Assembly: GCA_040219255.1 (NCBI GenBank) | Contig: JAVJSW010000074.1 | Location: forward strand, 1 to 15,342 | Length of the DNA stretch: 15,342 nucleotides | Direction of reading: 5' to 3' | Origin: Sumerlaeia bacterium | GTDB lineage: Bacteria > Sumerlaeota > Sumerlaeia > SLMS01 > JAHLLQ01 | Translations under genes and position numbers: made by a program | Shown: positions 1 through 7,500 of the stretch, piece after piece | How the letters are laid out: each line of letters opens with the position of its first letter | How positions within the stretch are numbered: the stretch's first letter is position 1 | The notes under the pieces: model-generated | Told to the model about the DNA's origin: nothing | What the model saw: the letters and a program-made list of their open reading frames with translations, nothing else | Database searches by the model: none

Positions 1-206
1 TCGCGCCCGTAGTCATGGCGGGCGATGACGTCCCGGGCGTAGCCGGAGAGGGCGAGGGGCATGCCCGCGCGATGGGGCCGATCGGTCACCATGGCGTGCG
101 TAGCAAAGCCCACCATGGTGACCGATCGGCCCCATCGCGCGGGCATGCCCCTCGCCCTCTCCGGCTACGCCCGGGACGTCATCGCCCGCCATGACTACGG
201 GCGCGA
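1..206. repeat. Perfect 94-bp inverted repeat (arms 1-94 and 113-206, 18-nt non-palindromic spacer), running to the window edge
   Basis: Bases 1-94 (tcgcgcccgtagtcatgg...gatcggtcaccatgg) are the exact reverse complement of 113-206 (ccatggtgaccgatc...catgactacgggcgcga). Spacer 95-112 is cgtgcgtagcaaagccca. Confidence 0.95.
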
Positions 207-546
207 GAGCGACGCCCTGCTGCAGGCAACCTGGGAGGAGTACGAGCATACCTTCGAGGGTCTGATCGCCCTGCGGCCGCTTTCCGTGCGCCGCCGAAAT
301 TTCCTCAGAGCGGAAGCGGACAATTACACCGAGCGCCTCCTCGAACCCAACACGGTGCTGGTGATGGCCGCCAACCGCATCCTCGTCGCCCGCATCGCTC
401 AGGCGCGGCCCCGCGCCGTCGTGTTCCAGGAAGGCCCCGACTGGTATCTGATCGACCTGACCGGGCAGGACCACCCCGATCTCGTCGAGGCGCTTCTCGA
501 CCGCGAAGGCGTACGGCAGGTGCCGCGTGACGAACTAAAAGGGTAA
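91..546 (+). CDS. Hypothetical protein; start uncertain (in-frame ATGs at 61, 91, 115, 145)
   Basis: Open frame ending TAA at 544-546 with GC3-rich codons like the other real genes. No family motif recognised. The ATG at 61 lies in the mirrored arm of the inverted repeat, so the true 5' end is unclear. Confidence 0.65.
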   Translation: MACVAKPTMVTDRPHRAGMPLALSGYARDVIARHDYGRESDALLQATWEEYEHTFEGLIALRPLSVRRRNFLRAEADNYTERLLEPNTVLVMAANRILVARIAQARPRAVVFQEGPDWYLIDLTGQDHPDLVEALLDREGVRQVPRDELKG

Positions 547-569
547 CATGGCCGTCTCGGCCATGACCC
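541..569. terminator. Stem-loop at the 3' end of the hypothetical gene, between convergent genes
   Basis: catggccg-tct-cggccatg (547-565), extended by gggt/accc with a 2-nt bulge. There is no U-tract, so a terminator role is uncertain. Confidence 0.3.
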
Positions 570-677
570 GCAAGCCTAAGCCCACGCCACATACCACTCT
601 CGAAACGAGACTTATAACAGAGGAAGCTCACGGCTAACTCTTCGAGTCAAAACGCCGCCGGACACGGGCGAGGCCGT

Positions 678-3600
678 CTACACAGAATTCGCCAGCGCCT
701 CCTCGGCGGGCTGAAGCCGCTTGCGCGCCGCGTGCAGGAACTCGCGCACACGCCGGATGCGCTCGATTTCGCCGCCGTCTTCCTCTTTCACCAAGCCGGT
801 CGTGACGTAAATGGTCTGTTCGCCTTCGATCACAGCGGCAGAGATGCCCTGGGTTTCCTTCGCCGCTGCCTTGATCGCGTCCGTCCACTGTTCGGCTTCG
901 GGCAATAGAAGATTCAGACGCGTCCGTTCGCGATGCGAACCATCGACGCTGAGCAGCTTGACCCGCGCCCCGGCGAGCCGCAGTCGCGTCAGTTCGAGGA
1001 GCGCCCGCACCGGATCGGGCAGTTCGCCGTAACGGTCCTTCAGTTCCTCCGTCAAATCGATTACGTCCGCGTCCGCCCGCATCATCGCGAGGCGCTTATA
1101 GAAGTTCACGCGCTGCGTTTCGACCAGGATGTAGCCCGCCGGGATGTAGGACGAAATGGGCCACTTCACCTCGACATCGTACTGGTCCACCACTTCGTCG
1201 CCGCGCAGGCGGGCCACGGCGTCGTGCAGCATGTCGCAGTACAATTCGAAGCCGATTTCGTTCAGGACGCCATGCTGCTCCTTGCCGAGCAGCGACCCGG
1301 TGCCGCGGATTTCCATGTCGCGCATGGCGATGCTGAAGCCACTGCCGAGTTCCGTGAATTCCTCGATGGCGGCGAGGCGCTTGACCGCCGTTTCCGTGAC
1401 CGCCTGGCCCTGGGGCACGATCAGGTAGGCGTAGGCGCGGCGCTTCTGACGCCCGACACGGCCCCGCAACTGATACAACTGCGCCAGCCCGAAGGCATCC
1501 GCCCGGTTCACGATCATGGTGTTCGCGTTGGGGATGTCGATACCTGATTCCACGATGGTTGTAGAGACCAGAATGTCGTACTCTCCGCCGATGAACTTGA
1601 GCATGTGGTCTTCCAGCTCGCTCTCCTTCATCTGACCGTGGGCGATGCCGATTTTGGCGTGGGGGACGATTTTCTGGAGCCGGTTCGCCACATCGGCGAT
1701 GTTGTGGACGCGGTTGTGGATGAAGAAAACCTGGCCGCCGCGGTTGAGTTCCCGCAAGATCGCCTCGGCCATTTGCTCCTCGTTCCAGTGGATGATCTTC
1801 GTGCGGATCGGCAGGCGATCCGCTGGCGGTGTCGTGATGATCGACAGATCGCGGAGCCCTGACATCGCCATGTGCAGCGTGCGCGGAATCGGCGTCGCCG
1901 ACATCGTCAGGATGTCCACCTCGGCGCGCAACTCCTTGAGGCGCTCCTTGGCTTTCACACCAAATCGCTGCTCCTCATCGATCACCAACAGGCCCAGGTC
2001 TACGAACTCGATGTCCTTGCCCAGCAGCTTGTGCGTCCCGACCACCACGTGGACTTCGCCGGCTTTGATGCCCTGCTTGATTTCGCGGATTTCCTTGGCC
2101 GATTGGAAGCGCGACATGCACTCGACGCGGATCTTCGGGAATTCCGCGTAGCGCTCCTTAAAGGTGCGGAAGTGCTGCAACGCCAGCACCGTGGTCGGCA
2201 CCAGAATCGCCGCCTGCTTGCCTTCCTCGACGCATTTGAAAACCGACCGGATGGCGACTTCCGTCTTGCCGTAACCGACGTCGCCGCAAAGCAGCCGGTC
2301 CATGGGGCGGTAGCTCTCCAGGTCCCGCTTCACCTCCAGGATCGCCTTCAACTGATCGGGTGTTTCCGTGTAGGGGAAGCTGGCCTCGAACTCCGTCTGA
2401 TGGTGCGTGTCGGGTTTGAAGGGTTCGCGGCGAGCGACTTCGCGACGCGCGTAGAGGCGCAGAAGTTCCTCCGCCATCTTCTCGATTTCTTCCTGGTTCT
2501 TGCGCTTTTTCTTGATCCAGCGCGTCCCGCCCAGCTTGTCCAGCACCACGTTGTCCATGTCGCTGCCGGCGTACTTCTGCACCGTGCGGATTTTCTCCAC
2601 CGGCACCAGGAGCTTGTCGTTGTTGGCATATTCCAACTCGAGCAAGTCCATCGTGCGGCCGTCCAGGTTCTGCTGGCGCACGCCGCGATAGATGCCGATA
2701 CCGTTGTCCACATGGACCACGAAATCGCCGCGCTGGAGTTCGTTGCTGCTCGCCACGGCGCGGCCCTTGTAGAGCTTGCGGTAAACGTGGCGCCGTTTGT
2801 AGCGGCCGAAAATCTCGCGGTCCGTGATGACCGCCACGCGGGCGTCCTGGAACAGAATCCCCTCGCTCGGCCCGCCGAGCGTCAGGACCACGTCGCGATA
2901 ACCCTCGACGGCCTCGCGGACGCGGTAGGCGGTGGCCTGATCGTCGGTCACGAGTTGGCGGGCGCTGATCTCCGCTTCGCGTAACACGTCGTCGAAGCGC
3001 TGTACCTGGCCTTCATTGTCGCAGGTCACGACGATCAGGTAGTCCTCATGCTGATAGCGCCGGATCGCCGCCATCCAACTTGGCAAATCGCCCGGCGTGG
3101 CGTTGAACCCGGCGGTCTTGAAGGATACGTGGCGCGTTTTCTTGTCGTCCACGTCGATGGGCAGACGCGAGTGCTCGACGCGCCGGAAGGCGCCCACGGC
3201 TTTCATCACGTCCTCGTGCGTCAGGCGCAGGTTTTCCGGAGGGCCGAGTGCGTGCTGGCCGTGATAGATTTCGTGGAACTGGCGCTCCACGGCGTTTTCG
3301 AAGTAAGTGCAGACTTCCTGGTATCGTTCCGGCCCATCCATCAGGATCAGCGTATCGGGAGGCAACAGTTCGTAGAAGCTCTCCAGCTTGCCGCCTTCCT
3401 TGATGTGGCGATCCATCAGGTGCTTCAGATGGGAGGGCGGGATGGCGATCTGGGCGTCGGCGCCGAGGTCGCCGGTGGAGCGCTGCGTCGCCACGTCGAA
3501 GGTGCGGATACTCTCGATTTCGTCGCCGAACAGATCGAGGCGAATGGGCTCGCCCACGTTGGGCGGGTAGATGTCGACGATCGAGCCGCGAATGCTGAAC

Positions 3601-4178
3601 TCGCCGCGGCTTTCGACCACTGGCTCGCGGGTGTAGCCGGCGGCGTCCAGGTCGTTTGCCAGCTTGGCCAAATCCAGCCGGTCGCCCCAGGAAAAACGAA
3701 TCGCCCGGTCCTCCAGAATGTTGGTCGGCAGGCACTTGAGCATCGTCGCATCCACCGGGGCGGCGATCACCGGCAGGCGACGGTCCTTCGCGCCCGGCTT
3801 CGCGACGCGGGCGTCTTCCAGGGCGAGGAAGACATCGAGGTGTTTCGAGGTCACTTCGAGCGACAGGTCCTCGTCGTCGTAGGGCAGGATTTCCCACTTC
3901 GGATAGTGGAGCGGTTCCTCGATGCCGAAGAACTCCAGATCGTCCGTCAGCAGTTCCGCGCGCTCCATCCCCGCCGTCAGGATCAGCATGGGACGCTTGA
4001 GCTTCGCATGCAGCGTCGCCGCGACGTATGCCAAGGCCGACGCGTCCAAGTTGTGCAGAATCAACGGCCGCTTTCCGTCGCCCTCCAGCTCCTCGAGGGC
4101 GGAGGAGTAGGCCTCGGATTTCTTGGTCAGCAGCGCGCGGAGGATTTCGGCGGCGCGGTCTTGGGCTTTGGTAGCCAT
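678..4178 (-). CDS. mfd: Transcription-repair coupling factor Mfd (SF2 translocase)
   Basis: 1166 aa. UvrB-homology segment (GEFSIRGSIVDIYP...IRLDLFGDEIESIRTFDVATQRS), CarD-like RID (GDFVVHVDNGIGIY), Walker A (DRLLCGDVGYGKTEVA), DEEQRFGV, SATPIPRT, QLRGRVGR, TRG motif (RDMEIRGTGSLLGKEQHG) and C-terminal TRCF region (ELKDRYGELP). Confidence 0.98.
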   Translation of the reverse strand: MATKAQDRAAEILRALLTKKSEAYSSALEELEGDGKRPLILHNLDASALAYVAATLHAKLKRPMLILTAGMERAELLTDDLEFFGIEEPLHYPKWEILPYDDEDLSLEVTSKHLDVFLALEDARVAKPGAKDRRLPVIAAPVDATMLKCLPTNILEDRAIRFSWGDRLDLAKLANDLDAAGYTREPVVESRGEFSIRGSIVDIYPPNVGEPIRLDLFGDEIESIRTFDVATQRSTGDLGADAQIAIPPSHLKHLMDRHIKEGGKLESFYELLPPDTLILMDGPERYQEVCTYFENAVERQFHEIYHGQHALGPPENLRLTHEDVMKAVGAFRRVEHSRLPIDVDDKKTRHVSFKTAGFNATPGDLPSWMAAIRRYQHEDYLIVVTCDNEGQVQRFDDVLREAEISARQLVTDDQATAYRVREAVEGYRDVVLTLGGPSEGILFQDARVAVITDREIFGRYKRRHVYRKLYKGRAVASSNELQRGDFVVHVDNGIGIYRGVRQQNLDGRTMDLLELEYANNDKLLVPVEKIRTVQKYAGSDMDNVVLDKLGGTRWIKKKRKNQEEIEKMAEELLRLYARREVARREPFKPDTHHQTEFEASFPYTETPDQLKAILEVKRDLESYRPMDRLLCGDVGYGKTEVAIRSVFKCVEEGKQAAILVPTTVLALQHFRTFKERYAEFPKIRVECMSRFQSAKEIREIKQGIKAGEVHVVVGTHKLLGKDIEFVDLGLLVIDEEQRFGVKAKERLKELRAEVDILTMSATPIPRTLHMAMSGLRDLSIITTPPADRLPIRTKIIHWNEEQMAEAILRELNRGGQVFFIHNRVHNIADVANRLQKIVPHAKIGIAHGQMKESELEDHMLKFIGGEYDILVSTTIVESGIDIPNANTMIVNRADAFGLAQLYQLRGRVGRQKRRAYAYLIVPQGQAVTETAVKRLAAIEEFTELGSGFSIAMRDMEIRGTGSLLGKEQHGVLNEIGFELYCDMLHDAVARLRGDEVVDQYDVEVKWPISSYIPAGYILVETQRVNFYKRLAMMRADADVIDLTEELKDRYGELPDPVRALLELTRLRLAGARVKLLSVDGSHRERTRLNLLLPEAEQWTDAIKAAAKETQGISAAVIEGEQTIYVTTGLVKEEDGGEIERIRRVREFLHAARKRLQPAEEALANSV

Positions 4179-4201
4179 AGTGGTCGGGGATCCTGAAATT
4201 C

Positions 4202-4370
4202 ACCACGGAGGCACGGAGACTCGAAGACGTGATGGGCGAAAGCGGCGGGAAGCACTCTCAGAGGGACTCGGAATTCTTTCAAAAATCCCCCTAAGTTTCA
4301 GTAAATCAACAAGGTGTTTCCCCGCCGACTCGACCTCATCCCATTCTCTGTGCCTCCGCGCCTCCGTGGT
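4202..4370. repeat. ~170-bp element with imperfect terminal inverted repeats made of tandem 8-mers; long hairpin, REP/MITE-like
   Basis: Left arm accacggaggcacggag (4202-4218) matches the reverse complement of ctccgcgcctccgtggt (4354-4370) at 16/17. Inner pairing continues: cggcgggaagcac (4243-4255) with gtgtttccccgccg (4314-4327). Confidence 0.7.
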
Positions 4371-4444
4371 TAAATAAATCGTCCACCGGACAGGCTCAGC
4401 CTCCGGCAGCAGCGTCTCGTTCGTATTGCAAGACCCAAGCCGCC

Positions 4445-4485
4445 TAAAACGCGTCCGGGCCCCGCCAAGTACTGACGGGGCCCGG
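4445..4485 (-). terminator. Probable intrinsic terminator of the giant glycoside hydrolase gene
   Basis: 10-bp perfect GC stem ccgggccccg (4455-4464)/cggggcccgg (4476-4485), about 37 nt after the TAA at 4523-4525. On the minus strand it is followed by ACGCGUUUUA, a short offset U-tract. Confidence 0.6.
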
Positions 4486-4522
4486 GGGTTGGGTCAAGGG
4501 TTGGCGCGGGGCGCCGGTGGGA

Positions 4523-7500
4523 TTAGTTGGCTTCGAGCGTCAGGCCGAAGCTGAAGTTGCCGCTGCCGAACAGTTCGGTCATGTGGATCATGGCCTGGTT
4601 GCGGGGGCTGTTGGCGGTGCCGTCGCTGGCGCCGGGGTTGTAGTTCGCGCCGGTGCCCAGGTCGATCTGGACCGCCGCGCCGGAGAGCGTGTTCTCCAGG
4701 CGGACGCTGCTGGCGCCTTCGGTCAGGACGAGTCCGGCCTGGCCGTTCTCGAGGATCGTCGCGAAGTCGACCACAAGGCCGTTGCGGATGTAGAGCGTCG
4801 TCACCGTCGGCGACAGGTTGTAGCTGACGTTGTAGGTGTTCGAGCCGTTGGCGAGGGTGATGGTCTTTTGGACCAGGCCGTCGCTGCTGGTGAAGACCAG
4901 GCCCTTCGTCGAGCCGTTCTGAACCGTCACGTTGTAGAGATCGTTGACGTAGCTCTTGGCTGCGCCAGCGCCCCACCAGTCGCTCAGGCCCGAGGTGCGG
5001 GCGCCGCCGTTGGCGGTGGACTCGCGCTCGTCGTCGTCGTCGGGGAAGCCCCACAGGTTACCGATCAGGCTGACCGCTTCGCCGCCGGGGCCGGTGCGGG
5101 CAAAGGCCGCGATGAGGCGTCCGCCGTCGTTCTCGAAAACCGCGAAGACGTTCTCGTTGGCGAGGATGTATTCCGGTTCTTCGTCGTGGTCGATGTCTTC
5201 CGACTGGACAAAGGCGGCGGTGGCGGATCCGGCGGCCCAGTTGGCCGCGGCATTGAGGATGCCGGTGCGGCGGGTGTTGAGGAACTGGAGCTTACGGGCG
5301 AAATCCGCGATGTTGTTGAAGGTCGTATCCGGGTTGCAGTACGTACCGTCTTCACAGCGGATGGCGCTGTCCTCGTCGTGCCAGGCGGTCTCGAAGATCG
5401 AGGTGGTCAGCGACAGGCGGGCGAGGTCCTTGATCGGGCCAGCGGGGGCCGCGAAGGTTTCGGCGCGCACGTCTTCCATGATGGTCCCGGCGCCGAAGAC
5501 GCCCTGGCCCCAAGTGGTCAAGCCGCCGAAGGGCTTGCTGGTGCGGATGCCCAGATCCTCGCGGATGAAGGGCTGGAAGCCGTCGAAGTCCTCTTCGAGC
5601 GTCGAACCGAGATACCAGTTCGCGTAGCTGTTCTGCGTGGCGAAGTCGAGGAAGTCGTAGGTTTCGAAGGGCAGGCCCAGGTTGGTGCCATGGTCGATGG
5701 CCGAGAAGCCGCGGCGCGACAGCTCTTCCAGGGTCACCACTTCGATCCACGGGTGGTTGGCGATCCAGCGCAGGTTGGTATTGAAGTTGTCCGGGTTGTC
5801 CGTGCCGATGTTGAAGCTCAGGAACGAGCGGCCGGCGTAGGCTTCCCAGTCGTCGAAGACCAGCATGACCTGATCGTCGTTGGCGAGGGCGAGTTCAAGG
5901 AGTTCCTCGCGGGTCTGGAACCAGAGGCCGCCGTCCGTGTTGGCGAACTTGAAGCGGTCGGGTTCATCGTTGATCATCCAGGAGTTCACGCCGTTGATGG
6001 TGTGCCGGCGGAAGCCGTTGGTGTTGGCCTGGCCATCGCCGAACCATTCCTTGAGGTGGTTGATCTGGTCCAGAATTGTGTTCTGGTAACCGGTGGCGGT
6101 CAGGTCGGCGAAGGTGGTGCCGCGGGCGACGCGTTCCGGGATCCAGAAGACGCTGTGCTCGTCGGGAGCGGGCAGGTTGAACACGTTGCGCAGGTAGTCC
6201 TCGTTCAAGGCGATCGAGTCCTGGTTCACCTGGCCCTCGAAGAAGGGCATGATGTGTTCGCTGTAGACGCCCCAGATGATGGCGCCTTCACCGTTGGCCG
6301 GGTTGCCGTCGAGGAAGTCGCGGATATAGTGGACGAAGTCCGCGCCGTCGTTCGGCTGGCCCGGGTTCGCGGCCCAGAGCGAGGAGCTGACCAACGTGGC
6401 CGAGACGTGGATGTTCGGCGGCACGTTGAAGATCCGGGCGCTGTCCAGGGCGCGGTGATAACCGGTCGGGTTGCCGTTCGGCGTATCGACCGTGGCGTTG
6501 TACACCAGGTCCTGGATGTAGTCGGACTGGCTGATGGCCTGGTTGCCGTGGAGCACGAAGGCGTACTTCGCCACCGGGCCGTTCATGGTGCTGTTGATCG
6601 CCCCGTTGGTCACGCCATCGCCCAGGTTATCGTCGGGGATGATGTCGGTCAGGTCGCTGCCGCTCAACTCCACCGTATCGCCCATGGTGGCGACCTGGAA
6701 GTTGATGGGGCTCGAACCGTCCCAGCCCTGCGAGGTCAGCAGCGAGCGGCTGACGCCGAATTCCATGGCGTCGAGATCGCTGCGGAAGTACGCGCCGAGG
6801 AAGGACGAGGGGTTCACGGTGAGGCTCGACAGAAGGGTGAAATCCTTGTCGTAGATCTGCCAGGCGCCCACTTCGTCCACCACGATGGCGACTTCCCAAA
6901 GGTGATCGGTGGTCGTGTCGGAGAAGGCGGGCCAGAAGACCTGGCCGGTGGAAGGTGTGCCGAAGTCCAGCATGACGAGAACGTCCACGGCGGTTTCCTC
7001 GGCCTCGAAGAAGAGGTCCAGGAAGTCCACGCGCATGAAGTAGGCGTCGCGGGCCGGATCGTCGTGGCTGTAGAAGGCCACGAGGTCGCGGGCGTTGTCG
7101 GCGCCATCTTCCACGCGGCGGACGTCACCGTGGTGATCGACCGCACGCAGATCGGAGGCGGACCAATCCTGGAACTCCTCGTAGTACGTTTGCCCCGAGG
7201 TGCTGCCGATCTGCGGGCCTTGGCCAATGGTGATTTGCTTCACCGGGGTCGGCGTCGGAGTCGGAGTCGGAGTTGCCGTGGGGGTCGGAGTAGGAGTCGG
7301 CGTCGGCGTATTCGTCGGCGTCGGCGTCGGTGTGACCGTCGGTGTGGCGGTAGGCGTGGGGGTCGGGGTCGGTGTCGGGGTGACGGAGACCGTGTTGAAG
7401 GTGATGAAGTCGGATCCGCTATTGCCTTCGTTGTCGATGGCGCGGGCTTCGAGGTTGTGGGCGCCCACGGGGTAATCCGCGGCGTTCAGGACGATCGAGT

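Noticed and set aside
13-474. 153-aa ORF on the - strand
   Set aside because: Antisense to the + strand hypothetical gene, and its 3' part lies in the mirrored arm of the inverted repeat.
570-677. Possible small RNA between the convergent genes
   Set aside because: Only tiny hairpins (e.g. ctcg-aaa-cgag). No recognisable tRNA, ribozyme or riboswitch core.
811-4206. ORFs overlapping mfd (e.g. 1872..2984 +, 3048..4196 +, 3046..4206 -)
   Set aside because: Alternative-frame or antisense shadows of a complete, well-conserved mfd.
4123-4377. 84-aa ORF across the hairpin element
   Set aside because: It overlaps the mfd start in antisense, and its HGGTETRR/LCLRASVV segments are translations of the inverted-repeat arms.
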